Positions 38,301 to 51,690 of a DNA stretch of 64,000 bases are shown piece by piece. Source of the stretch: Chara braunii (lineage: Eukaryota; Plantae; Charophyceae); contig BFEA01000015.1 in NCBI GenBank assembly GCA_003427395.1, positions 2,016,025-2,080,024 of the forward strand, read 5' to 3'. Within the stretch, counting starts at the first letter, position 1; every line of letters starts with the position of its first letter. The notes beneath the pieces are model-generated. The model had not been told where the DNA came from, did not search any database, and saw nothing but the letters and a program-made list of their open reading frames with translations. The position numbers and the translations under genes are program-made.

Positions 38301-40830
38301 TCCCCATTAGTAATCGGGTGATAATTTTGAAAAAAATGCTTTTAACTGGTCTTGTGGTTCCAAGATTGTCAGGCCCCCTTTTGATCGAGGTCGGGCTATA
38401 CTATCACAAGCTACTTTAGAGAGAAACGAGGGATCCTCATGGTCATTTTTCAGATGTATGTTGCTGCCGCTTTCCTCAATCTTTGGAGCCGCTTAGGCAG
38501 GATAGGTCACCATGCCGCTTTATACCACATTGCCACATTGCCGAAAAAATTGTTGTATTCAGTGCCAGCGCTCGCCCTACTATTGAAGTGTGTAGGCCCT
38601 TCCACCTGGCCATTCTTCGCAGGGCCTCGTCCACGAGGGAAGCCCCATGGTTCGGTGGGGGACCCAACGCTGTAAGGCGCATACCCAATATCCGTATAGC
38701 CTCCTCTCTATGTTTCCATGCAATTGACGGGTCACGGGGGGAAGGTCTTGGGGGTGGAGCCACCAGCCCTCGGTTTTGGCCCCCCAATTGACTACCATAC
38801 TAGACGTCATTGAGAACATATGTATGGTAGTGATGAGCGTCTGTAAGGAAGAACGGTTGGCCTTGATCAACACCGTCAGATCATCATCGAAAAGCGATGT
38901 CATCGGTATGTTGTGGATTGGGATTTCAGACACGTCCATCTTTTCTATCTTGGGGTTTGCTCTCATGCTCATGGCAAGGGTCTCCACTACTATGACGAAT
39001 AGCAACGGGGCGATAAGATCCCCTTGTCTTACTGACCTTTGAAGTGGGAACGGATTGGATAGGTGGCCGTTCGCCATCACGTTAGTCGTTGCTGTTCTGT
39101 GGAGGGTGTCCACCCACCTCCTGAAATTAGGACCAAAATTTAGTTTTTCATGCACAGTTCCAGGAAGACCCAATCCACATGGTCATAAACTTTTTCAAAG
39201 TTGATGAAAATGACTGTTGCTTCCTTTCCTCTTTGTCTTGCATATTTGATAGTCTCATTCACCAGAAGAATGTTGTCTTGTATATTCCTCTTGGGTATAA
39301 ACCCGGACTGGTCAAGGTGGATGAGGTGAGTTATGTGAGGAAGCATACGGTTAGTGAGCGCCTTCGCCACCATTTTGTAAGGAACGGGCAATAGTGTTAT
39401 GGGCCTGTAGTTTCTAACTTCATTCTTCGAGCCCTTCTTGTACAAAAGCGTGGTAACCCCTTGATTGAGGAGACCTCCAAACGTGCCTTTTATCAGAACA
39501 CCATTTTTATAGTCCATGAGGTTCGTTCCAATCATATCCCAGAAGGCCAACCATAATTCTTTGGGGAACGAGTCTAGACCCGATGTTTTTTCATCCTCCA
39601 TTTGTTGGAGGGCGGTGTGAATATCGGTCCGGGTCAGCGGACATTCCAGTGTGGAACGATGCTCCGGTGAAAGTACAGATTTCAGGTTCTGCAACACTTG
39701 TTGTCTCGCATCTTTTACGTTTTTCGCTGTCCACTGAGATATTTTAGAGGTGAACAATTCTTTGTAGTATTTTGTTGCGTAATCGGTCACTGCATACGGG
39801 TTTGTAGCTTCAGAGCGGTCAACTTGGAGCGGATGTTTAAGCAAAATTATGGCAGCCTGTTTCGCTCTCGCCTTAGCTTTTTGAAAAAAAAAAATTGCCA
39901 TAGTCCCATCCATCTAGGTATGCTTGATCCTGGCTTGAATTTGCCACGCCTCTGCTTGAGCATCGAGATGTTCTTGGAGACGGTCCCTTGCCTGTTGCAG
40001 ATTGCAGTATGCAGTATTGTCCAATGGAGACGAGGATAACTTGTCATCCCATTGTTCCAAGGTACTGAGGAGGTCCTTCAGGATCGCTTTCTATTCCCTC
40101 GCCCTCTTTAAAGAAAAAATTTTCACTCTTTCTCTCAGTTGGGTCACCCCTTGATTAAACCATTCGACCACCGATCCAACATACATTAAATCCAGGGGGG
40201 GCAATAATCTGTCAAATTCAAGAATCGATCTGATGCTCCTTTCCAAGGACCTGTTGGGATCATTGATAGAGGCCGCCATACTCCCTTTTAGCCCCTCCCG
40301 CTCCTTCGACCACAAGATGATAGTCATCGGCCTCGTCACACGCCCACTATTCGCAAGAGGGCCCAATTTTTTTTAACCAATTACCAGCATTCCAACAGTG
40401 TGTAAAAGAACACCGGGCATACTGGGAGTCAACCAACTGCAATTGTGCCATGAGTTGGTTGAACATAAGAGTGTCAAGCCCCTGGTGCGGTAGCAACTGC
40501 CCCGACCCGTCGGATTGGGTTTGGTTTCTTCTATCAATCGTGGGGTCTGACGCTAAGTTGAAATCGTCTGCCAGGATCAGGGGGGAGTCAGTAGGCAACA
40601 CATGCATAAGCTGTAGAAAAAAATCAGCTCTTTCTGCCGACATGTTAGGAGCATATACGCTTGCGAGGTAGATTTCCTCCTCATCCCATAGGACCTTAAT
40701 GAATAACCATCTCCCATGGTTTCCATCCTTGAAAAGCTGAAGGGGTTTAATTCTCGTTGTGGGGGATCCACTCTCCCTTGAGAAAAGACCCGGCTTTCTC
40801 CTCAGGGTTCGATGGCTGAGGTTCCTCATC
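35386..40830 (-). pseudogene. Degraded L1/Tx1-type LINE ORF2 (EN-RT-C-terminus) with two tandem 3' tails
   Basis: ASVYAPN, ADDFN, NYRPITLL, QSGFIPKRNIQDN, SVRQGDLIAPLLF, LFDDD. Tail motifs at 35466-35510 and 35857-35909 with T-rich ends at ~35386 and ~35756. Confidence 0.9.
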
Positions 40831-41566
40831 GAATTTTCGCGGTGACCACAAGCACAACAATTATGATGACTACTACAACAACAATACCAACAACACAGAT
40901 TGCAATATTAACAACAATAACAACAACAACAAGTGAGGAATCGCTTGTTTGGGGGGAGACCATGGTTAGTGGTGCAGGGGAAGGTGAGTGTGAGGATGCT
41001 GATTGCCCACCCTCGCAAAAAAAAGTTGACACGCCACGTTTTGGTGAGGATGTCTAGGTTAATAAAAAATCCCCATCGCACCCTTCATGGTCACTGGAGG
41101 GTACAAGGACAAGATGAAGCTTCTGATGATTGTAATCAGAAAGACGGTAAAGAATCTGAAAATTGGGGGGACACAACAGAGGGATAGGGAAGAGAACGAA
41201 GGAAGAAACGAAGAGGGCTTCTCAAAATTTGTTGTTGCGCCGCGGTTCTCACTCGCGCACATCTTGCGGCGCTATGAACTGGGCTTTGACTGGACCGCGC
41301 CCGTAATCTTGTGTAACTATCGCTTTATGTGGGCCCAATTGTAACATTATCTTTCTTCTTTCTTGATTTCCTCGTGTTTGCCCGCCTTCTTCTTCTTTGT
41401 CGTGCATGCTTAATACTCTGTTCTAATTGGCCTAAACGTCTGTACAACTGGATCGATGTTTGGAGTGCAGCTACGACCCCCACGCCGCAGCCTGGCTATG
41501 TAGACGTAGGCACTTCCTCTCTTCTCCTCCTCACCAGTTGGGCTTAATCCTATATGTTTAGCGCAA

Positions 41567-41672
41567 GCATGCATGCTATAAATTTTGCAAGCGCGATTAG
41601 TTTGCTCTCTATGGACCTTGGAGTAAGCGCGATCAGTGAGGGCTGACTGATGAGTCACCTTGACAGGTAGGT
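41567..41672 (+). promoter_or_regulatory. Putative LTR core promoter (GCATGCATGC-TATAAA) and downstream splice donor; also at 30852-30958 and 52417-52522
   Basis: Motif is identical in three LTR copies, with AG|GT(GA/AG)GT about 90 nt downstream in each. Confidence 0.55.
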
Positions 41673-41841
41673 CGATGAGAGAGTTAGGCGATCCGACGAG
41701 TTGGTGTCGGGTATGCGGGGTTGACAAGCGGGCCGCGACGAAATGTGGCACACGGGCGAACTTGGCTTGCATGCTCGAACCAAGCGGGTTGACAACTCTG
41801 TGTTGATGCGCGGCGACGGACTGCCCGCATCAGGAGAGTGT

Positions 41842-41997
<156 letters not shown>

Positions 41998-43443
41998 AAC
42001 TATGTGTGGGATGAGGTCTCTTCTTCCAGTTATCTGTATAATTTTGATTTCTACTTTAGTCGATCTTGTTGCGGCCCTCTCAGACTTTCCTTGTAAATCG
42101 TTTCGGGTTTTTCTTTGACGTTTTTGCCTCATATGCATGCATGAATGGATGAGAACCTTTTTCCAGTGATCTTTTCAGATTTTTTATCTTGTTCTGTGAT
42201 GCCTGCTTAATTCAAATCTCGTCACTTTCTAGTATCCAACTGTGTCGAGCAATAATCCGGGTCTGATTGAAAACACTCGCTATAGATGGTTTGGGTTTAA
42301 TTGTTAGCCTTTGATCGTCATCAGATCACTGAGAATGTTGTGATGTGTTGATCCTCGATGCCAGGACAATTGCCCCCCCCTCCCCTTCTCTTTCTTTTTG
42401 TCACATGAATGGCATGAATGTGAATGTAATGGCTGGATTGCATTCGAAATAGCGTGGGTAGAATAGTTGCATGCAGGCAGGACACAATCGATACACCGAC
42501 GCGAGAAACCCGAGTCTGATCCACTTTTGTACGTGTGCACGCTCGCGTACGACCACGATCTCAACAAAACCGAGTCGAAGTGTACGCGCGCGTCTGCATG
42601 AGTCGACCTCGATCCTGGCTCATTATCATGATAAGGGATGTGGGAGACCAAGTTCACTAGTCAGATATGGTTGTAGAAATTCCCTTTTGGATCACCGATC
42701 GTGAGAGTATAAGGAACCGAGAGTATCGCGAATATTGGAAGGGTGAGCACCTCAGACAACGGGGAAACTTGAGAAACTCGGAATTCCCCTGTCTGACGTA
42801 GAACGACCGACTGTGCGCGGGGGATTTTCACTGGGCCGTAACTAGCGATCCTAGGGGCCCAGACTATCTGAATACTAACAACGCTCAGTATTACATATCT
42901 CCAGGCTTCATTGTTATTAATACCAGTTTCCCTCTCTTCCATCTCCTCCTTTCATATCACCAACTCACAGTGGTACCGTGGAATCCCGTAGCTCTCTATT
43001 TGCCCCGCACACAGTGTGAAGAGTGCCAGCGGTACCAGGTATATCGAGGTTCGGGATTTGTCCGACGAACTTGAACCGAAGTCGAGCAGCGGTTACACAG
43101 CTTCCGCTTAAGGCCAGCCTCGTCGCATTTCGAAGCTTGTTACGAGCGGCGCCGACAACTGTTCGAACAGCGCAACAGCCATCGTGTCCCACCGGTCCAC
43201 CAGATAAGGGACCGACCACGGCGACGCAACTGGCAAATGCAATAATCCCATCCCCGAAGGATGAAACGCCAAATACGATCTTCGAGTACCATTTTGCACC
43301 ATTATCCATAAACTTGCCACCAAAGATCTCAGTTCCGACCTGGGACTCCACCCCCACTTTCCTAAAATCCTTGGCACACCCCCTTTTCGCACTTTGGGGC
43401 CCCCCATCCCACTCCGATCAGGAAGTCGCGTTGGGCGTGAGGT

Positions 43444-43456
43444 TGGTATCGGAGCC
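43444..43456 (+). promoter_or_regulatory. Primer binding site complementary to initiator tRNA-Met
   Basis: TGGTATCGGAGCC (canonical TGGTATCAGAGC) exactly where LTR homology ends. Confidence 0.9.
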
Positions 43457-43499
43457 GACACGTGGCAGGTTTACGGATTAACACGGAAGGTGATTATAC

Positions 43500-44650
43500 C
43501 GAACGATCTGGCGAACAGAGGACGACTGAGGCAGCGGGACGCGCCGCGCCACGATCCTTTAGTAACATGAAGTAGGTCGGCTGGGCGGCAGGCAGTCCAT
43601 ATGAATGCGAATTAGAACCATAATCCGAATCCTGGTCCAGTCCCGGCCCCACGAGCTCGTGCGCCCATAGCCCCACCGGACCTCTATCTTTTCGACCCTG
43701 CACATCATTTGGTCGGGGCATGGCTAGCCACGCTATGCATGCAACAGTACGATAACGATGAAGCTCAATTAACATCCCCGCTAGATTGGGAGGGGACGTG
43801 CATCATTGGTTCAACACTTACGTTTGGGTAGATCTCCCAACTTTTGAACGAAATTTCTTGAACCGATTTGACTACATTCATCCGGAACAAGCCTTGTTCA
43901 TGATTAAAGATCGGGTACAAAAGCCACTCGAATCTGTCACAGAATATCGAAACCGGTTTTATAGGATGTTTGTCAAAACCGAACGAGGAGAGGAAGGCGA
44001 CATGAATCTATTCATCGACGGGCTCCGCAGCAGGACCATGAGGGCGAAATTGCGAAAGCAATTTTCCCCGATCAATCATACCCTGCAACATATTATGTCT
44101 GCAGCAGAAGAAATGGAGCGGCCGCCAATTTCCTAGAGGGGGACGATTATCTTAGAGAGGGAGACTCCTCGGAACTGGCTAGAGCAAGGGCCGAGCTGGC
44201 CGCGCTTCAAAATAAGTTAAAAAACATGGGTTTTGTCTCTGGTCCCGTCACCTATTTAGAGCACATCGTAACCAAAAAAACCGGAGCAGACGCAACCGCA
44301 GGGTTGCCCATGCCAGCGATGGCCGCTCCCGTACATGTCGTGCCCATTCTTGCAACCCTTCAGATATGACGAGTAGAGTCAGTGAGCCAAACACGATATT
44401 AGAGTTGACCCAGACTTTAGTCAGCCTAATACGAGAATGCAAGGAGCAACGGGAGTACAACGCCCGGATGGAATCGTTGATGCGATCTATGCGCCCCATT
44501 GCTATTAGAGCCGCCCCAGTGACACAAGGCATTGCCCCCGCCCAACCAGTAGGAGGAATGACAGCCAATCTGAGTGTCTGTTACACATGTCATCAGTCGG
44601 GCCACATCGCTCAGGACTGTCTACATCGATCTGCGCAAGATTGAGTCGGG
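43500..44650 (+). pseudogene. gag: gag (capsid-like domain and CCHC knuckle)
   Basis: WF..FERNFLNRF..QKPLESVTEYRNRF..FIDGL; CYTCHQSGHIAQDC at ~44578. Confidence 0.85.
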
Positions 44651-45199
44651 GCTGCCCCTGTGGCCGCTACGCCAGTGGCCAACGGTCAAGGGAGGGTAGG
44701 AACGATGCTTGAAGAGATAGAAGGAAGGGGAAGCACGATAGCTACTATCGAGGAAGCAGCGAAACTTATCCCGCTCGATCAATATATCGCCTTAAGGATA
44801 TCCGGGGTTGGGAATGATCGGAACCATCCGACCGACGGACGAGCGAAAAGAAGTAGCCGAATGGAGACCTTCCTCAAGTGAAATGGAGTCAGGCGGTCCT
44901 ACCTTCGTTACGGGAGAAATTGACATTTTGAACATTGTTCGGGCCTTAGACCATCGGATTCCATTGTCGATTGGCCATTTGCCATCAATATCAGAACAAG
45001 CTAATGAACGCATGTTGCAACATTGCAAGGCGAACAGAAAATGATTCGCTCTTAGTAAACTGACAATGACGAAAGGGAAAGCCCCAACTCCCGATGACAA
45101 ACCCGAAAACCCCAGCACGATCGACCCAATATGGTTGGGACTGATCCAGAAAGATGATCATTTCCTATGTATCAAAGCCATTCCGTAGAAATCCGCAGA

Positions 45200-47790
45200 A
45201 TGTGACATTGAAGTATGGGGAGTTCCGTAAAATGCTGTCATCGATTCAGGAGCAGCTGTTCAGGCTGTATCACTGAAGGTAGTGGAAAAAGCAGGACGAC
45301 AGAAAAATATGATCACGTTAGCCGAAAAAGACCATTTCGTCTCTGCGGACGTTGCTTTTCGGTTAGGAAAGGTTCATGCCTTAGGGGATGTGGTGGTATT
45401 GGATGTCAATACCTATGATGTACTTCTGGGATTACCGACGTTCGTCGCGCTACGAGCCAGTCTGGACTTCGAACGACGATCGATAATCCTACGAAATACA
45501 GGCGTGAAACCTTATGTTATTCCAATGCGTCTAACTCTACGAACCATGATGCTTGCGACTCGGAAAGTTCCTCCGACACCTGGAGTCGCTCTCCAAGTAA
45601 TCACCTGGCAACTTGGAAAGTCGAGCAGGAGGATGAGAAACACGATTCCTCAAGCGAGTCCGACAACGAAAATGAAGTTGATTTCGATAAGACTCAACAA
45701 CTGATTCGCTACCTAATCCGACAGAAGACTCCTAAAACATTTGTCCTTACGGAAAGAAACCTACAACGAACTCGGGCTTTAATTTTTGGAGAACCCCTCG
45801 TACATGTATCCCGGATGATTGACTCTTTGGAACTCCCCCGAACCTTGTATGAAACCACGACCCCACTTCTTTCAAGATACCGAGAGAAGAAGGCGTTATG
45901 CGACATTACGGGATTGCCCGTTCCTTACTGTCGTCCGAGAAAGAGGTGCGATTATTACACTTAGGGGTCGAAAGAAAGCTTTGGAACCCCCTGAGCGCGA
46001 CGACCCTACGCTCTATGAGCTCGGCATCAAGATCGTCGAAAAGTCGGTTCCCTGGCAAGACATCAACGACGGTGTGACCCCGGAAGAACACGTGGCCATC
46101 CGAGAAGAGGACGCCCAGATGGTCGCCACTGTGTTCTCCTGGCGGTTGGATAATTCAAGTTCCTTCCTTTCTGCTCCCCCTGCCGAGAACAACCGCAGAG
46201 TGAACATGAAACACATGATGGTTACCATACACGGAAGGCCGTACGAACTGCATGTACCTCAATATGTACCTAACAAAACTCATTGACTGATTGCATATAT
46301 TTTGACTGAATATCAAGATGTTATTAGCGTAATGGATACAAATATTGGATTGTCTTTAGTTATTCAACACGGGATTCAGATCGAAACGCATCTCCGATCC
46401 ACTGTAAGCCATACCGATATTCTCTTGCAGAGAGAAAAGTTGCATTACAAAGGATCAGGGAGTTTGAGGCTAACGGATGGCTCGAACCGGCAACAAGACC
46501 TTCGTCATTTCCCGTGGTCTTAGTCCCGAAAAAAGTGGGTCGATTCGCATTTGCATTTGTTACGGGAAATTGAATGACATCACGATCAAGGATGTGCATC
46601 CCCTTCCCTGGATTGATGATTTGTTGGATGCGATTGGGTGTGTGAATTATTTCAGTAAGTTTGATATTCGCCATGGATTTTATTACATCTTGGTCAAAGA
46701 AGAAGATCGGTCGAAGACGGTCTTTGTGCTGTTTGAGGGCACCTAGCGGTGGATTCATTGTCCGATGAGAATCTGCAATGCACCGGCCACGTTCCAAAGG
46801 GCGATGAACGTAACCTTTCAGATTTTCGTTAACAAGACCCGACTGATGCAGGGGATGATTAATTTCTGCGTTATTGTGTACATGGATGATATTCTGGTCT
46901 ATTCGGAATCATTTCACGTGCATGCGCAACATATTGAATGGACGTTGGGAGCGCTGCGGGACACTGGGTTCAAAATTGCACTGGAAAAGAGTGAGTTTTT
47001 CCTCTTGGAAATCTCGTTCTTGGGTTACGTAGTAACGCGAGGCAGTTTAAGGCCATATTCAAAAAAGGTCGCGGTTGTTCGAGAAACCCTCACGCCCACG
47101 TCACTGACACAGGTTCGGGCCTTTTTGGGACTGGCGTCGTACTACCACAAATTTATCAAGGGTTTCGTGGCAGTCGCACGACCTCTAAAGAATCTTCTGC
47201 ACAAGGACCAGCCCCTGCGGTGGGATATTGAGTGCGAGCGAACCTGTATTGCTTTAAAGGAGGCCCTGGTTACTGCGCCTATTTTGATCCGGTCGGACCC
47301 ACAAAAACAGTTCATACTCATTACGGACTGGCAGCTTGAAGCGATCTCCGCTATCCTAGCCAAGAAGGGGAAAGACGGCTGCGAACACGTCATTGAGTAT
47401 GCTTCTCGGACAGTGCCTGACGAAAGGAGAAACGATTCAGCTCCTCAGGGAGAGTGTTACGCAGTGGTTTGGGGAATTCAACATTTCCATCTGTATCTCT
47501 ACGGACAGAAGTTCCTTCTTGTCACGGATCATGAGCCCTTGCTGGTCCTCAAGAGGCTCACCAATTACACGGGTACGATTGGACGTTGGGCTGTATGACT
47601 GCAAGAGTACGACTTCGATATCGTCCATCGGAAGACGGAGCAGCACGGGAACGCTGACGGCTTGACACATCTGCATCGACCTGACAAGGTGACTAAAGGG
47701 GAGGAGATTACCTCGTGGAAGGAACCAGAACCCGCCAACGAGCGTTCATATGGACAGGTGGCCATCCTTCCTCGAAATCCCAAGGGGTGA
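45200..47790 (+). pseudogene. pol: pol: aspartic protease, reverse transcriptase, RNase H (stops and frameshifts)
   Basis: AVIDSGA, DVLLG, PLPWIDDLLD, NAPATFQRAMN, VYMDDILVY, ITDW..EYASR..ECYAVVWG..TDHEPL..NADGL. Confidence 0.95.
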
Positions 47791-47922
47791 TTGACACGAT
47801 GGAGATGGGGCGCGAAGGTCATTCCGAAGGTCCCCTTTCTCCTCTCTCATCCTCCTCCTTTCCCTCCCTCCCTGATAAATTTTGCTATTTTTCCGAGGCA
47901 ATTTCGAGAGTACTCGGTCCCT

Positions 47923-49400
47923 ATGCGACCAAGCGGGGAAGGTTATGCCGAGTGGGTAGATTGTAGGCGGTGTGTTTCCCGAGCCCATGGTTCCTGTATC
48001 AAGTACCGGAATGCGGACAAACCCCGGTTGTGTCCTATGTGTCGCACCGATGAAATCCCGACGGAGGCTCGATTTCTCGAAGCCACGTCCGAAGGACTAG
48101 AAAAGACCCGACGGCTTAGAAGGGCTGAAGTGTGGACAAATGTCGTCTTGGTAGCTAAGGTAGTTGGGAACCCCCTCCGAGATTTCACAAGGGAGAATTG
48201 GAGACGGGCCAATGAGAGAGCTCAGGATTACCGATGGAATGAGGAATGGTTAGAAAAACGGAAAACGGACGGGAGCGGGATTTGGATGTATGTCCCGCAT
48301 CCGTTTGTGAAGTATGACTGGGTTAAGTCAGCCCACGAGGAGACTGCGGCCCATTTCGCTGTCCGAATCACAGAGGCGGCAATTGATAAAAATAAGTGGT
48401 ATTGGACCAGGTCCAACATTCGCGACGATGTTAAGTTCATCGTCTGAAATTGTCAGGTCTGCGCCGCCGACAAAGCGCCAATTCAGCCGCCTAGGTCGAT
48501 AGTGCCTACCGTAGTCAAACGACCATTCCAGAGGGTTAGTATGGATACCACCGATATTGTCATACCCCCTGGACCGAATAGCTGTGAGTATTCCATTCTG
48601 TTGGTATTCGTGGAATACTTTTCGAAATGGATCGAGGCGTATCCATGTAAGACGCGACAGGCGGCTGAAATTGCGAGATACATCAACCGTTTTCTCGAAA
48701 TGCACCAAGACACAGAGGAGATCCTTACGGACAATGGGGCACAATTTAGATGGGAAGTCTTGAGGAATCTAGTCTTACACGGTGTCTCTATCCGCAATAC
48801 TGCTCCCCACATGTCGCAATCTAACGGACTGGTGGAGAACGCCAATCGAGTGATTAAGACCGCTTTGCGACGCAATATCGCGGCAAATGACACGAGGCTG
48901 TGGTCTGATATCGTGGACCATATCCTGGCCATCCACCGGGGGACACCCCACAAATCCACGGGTCTGACCCCCTTCCAACTACGGACCAGTAGTCTGCCCT
49001 GTGTAGCCCTACCGAGCCTAAATGATGAAACGGCCCTTCCGTGACGGACCACTAGGGCGACAGATAAGGATAAAGCCCAACGCCACATAGAACTGATGGA
49101 AAAGGTCCTCCCCCGATTGGCCCGAAAAAGACAATGAATGACAGAAATGGCCCATGGGAGACAGGTCAGGAGTTACGAGGCCCGGAATGGGAACGCTGGG
49201 CATCGGCCCCAATATAAATTAGGGGACATCGTGCAGGTGAGGAAATGTGCTCGCCTGGGCAAGCTAGCGCTATGATTCTTCGGGCGATTTCGCGTGGTCG
49301 AGCTCAGTCCCAACGGGGTGAACACGATGCGGCTTGCGCCGGAGGTGTCGAGAAGTCGATCGGCTCGTCCGATCATTCGACACGCGTCCTGCCTTCGTCC
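47923..49400 (+). pseudogene. int: Integrase with N-terminal PHD-like Cys/His module
   Basis: WVDCRRC..HGSC..CPMC; HHCC zinc finger; D (VSMD), D (TDNG), E (GLVE); STGLTPFQL; GPY/F-like region. Confidence 0.92.
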
Positions 49401-49520
49401 TTTCCCCTCTTCCCCTTCTCCTCCATCATTTGCATTGTCCCTCGGTCAAGAATAGGACGACGACTCTCTAGAATCCTTTTTTCTCTCTCGACCACCGTCT
49501 TCGACTCCGCCTTCATCGCC

Positions 49521-51690
49521 ATGAGTTTTTCGACGGAGCAGGTGATCAACGAGCGTCTGATGATCCCGAGGGGGCGTTTAGCGACAATTCGGCAGGTGAA
49601 GCGACCTTGGTCGAGTTCCGATCTCCTTCAATTCGCAGCCTTCTTCAACACAGCAGCCATCCACGCAGCAGCAGAGTTCCGTTTCGTACACGCAGGGTCG
49701 ATGCGTGTACTGGCCGAGATTTCGACTTTCCAGCGCTTGTCCTCGCCCGGCGTAAGCCACATATCCGTCATCGTCACTTTCATGGGTGATATCACGGTGC
49801 TACACCCGACAATTCATGCAGACATCTATCGGCAGTTGCGGGGTTGAACCGAGGAGATCACGGCCGCGTGGGTCGAGTTGCTGGCTCGACCGAGGGAAAT
49901 AATCGTGACCTTGAACGATATAGACCTCCGACTCCGCATCTCCAGCAGCGCGCCAGAGATCTTTTTCCCGGAGCTCCTCCCCTTTGAGTGGCCCCAATGA
50001 ACCGTCATCGTCGCTCCCTCTTCAACCTTCCGTCTGATCTCCCCACCTTCTGGCAATCTGCTATCGATCCCGCCCTCTCCTTCAGGATCCAGGAGCTCAG
50101 CGTGCCGATCTTGGACTAAGATAAGTGGAACGGGTGGTGGGACGCTTACATAAAACTCAGCTTTTGTTTGGTGTGTGTGGTATTTCACTGGGCGGAGCTA
50201 GCCCCAAAAGGTGAAGGGGATGAGGTCCAGGACAACGAGGTGGAACTATTGATCGTGCAGGCTTGGCGGACGAGTACAAAGGGAGAATTGTTGGGTATAT
50301 TATTCGGCGAGGTGGAAGAAGGCCATCTCGACGCAGTCAAGGACGAGTTGTTGGTGCTCTTGGCGCAGCTGGTGGACGACTTGCCCTTCAACATCCTGTC
50401 GAGGTGTGACGGGAAGCCTGGGACAGACGTGCTCATCGGCACTCTTGCGCGGCATTTTTTGTGGCCCACATATACGGAGCTGGACGGGGATAACTGCTTT
50501 TACCCGTCCCCGAGCCTCTATCTCGAAATTGACGTCACCGATGTCACACTGTGGGACCCTTTTGTCCGGCGAGGAAACGCGCTAGGAGCCAGTGACGAAG
50601 AAGAAGAAGACGAAGAAGAAGAAGAAGAGGAGTCAGAGGAAGAAAAATCAGGCACTAGTCGGGACTGACCCCGACTATATTGGGTCCGAGGAAGAGGAAG
50701 AGGAAAGTGGATCGGGAGAACAGAGTGGCCGTCCCCCTCCAAGCAAAGAGGAGGAAGACTCGGAGGCCGAAGCTTAATGGAGGCGGGAGAAAACGGAGGC
50801 CAAACGACCAGTCGAAGAATCTGAAAGGCCGCCACCACAGTTGTTGCTAGGCGATCCATCGCTAAATCCGGAGCTGCCGCGCGAAGAGTTTGAAGGAAAT
50901 GGAACCGCAGCAGAGGGGTCAGGAAGTCGACGCCGCCAAAGGAGTGAATCCCCGACTCCGTCTTCTCCGCCATCCCGAGCCACTCTTCGCCTTCGTGGAA
51001 ATACGGACGATCGGGCTTCGTCCCCGATCGTTATCCCGCCGTCCCCTTGACTTCCTCACCCCTCACCAACTCCTGGGTCGACCCCCGTTCCCAGATGGAT
51101 GGTGCCCTTTCCCACCCTCTCTCTTCCACCAGTTTTACGTCACCCGCCTTCTCGTCACGGTCGTCCCGCATGCTACCACCCGCTCCTTCGCCGCCTCCTT
51201 CCCTCTCCATGTCCTTCTCTTCAGCGCGACCTGGCAGGAATTTAGTAATATAGAAGTTTATTGCATCATCTCGGGCACGATCCCCGCCTGTGAAAATTAC
51301 AAGAACTTCCACGCTGCTATCCCTCGCACCCTCTCCACCCTCTACCCCAACTATCTCGCCTCTCTCCCTCATCAACGAGAGCACCCCCGATTCCCCCACA
51401 TCCACCGCACCATCCACTACACCCGGATCCCCACCGACGATAGGGAGATTCGCCGCTTCATACCTCCCCTCCCCCAAGCCCATCCACCACCTCCTCCGCC
51501 CGTTATCAGATTGCCCTTCCCCGGAAATGTTTAGGATAGAGCCCGTGAATGCCAAACTGAGTGACATCCACACTCTTATCTTACGGTAAGTAGCACGTGC
51601 GAGTTCCACGTCGATCCTCGGGTTATACGGGAGCTTGCTCAAGATTGGAACCCCCTAGGCGTCACATATGTGACGAACCATTTTCTGTAA
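49521..51690 (+). pseudogene. Three accessory ORFs of unknown function downstream of integrase
   Basis: Protein-level conservation with element A (see findings). Confidence 0.75.
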
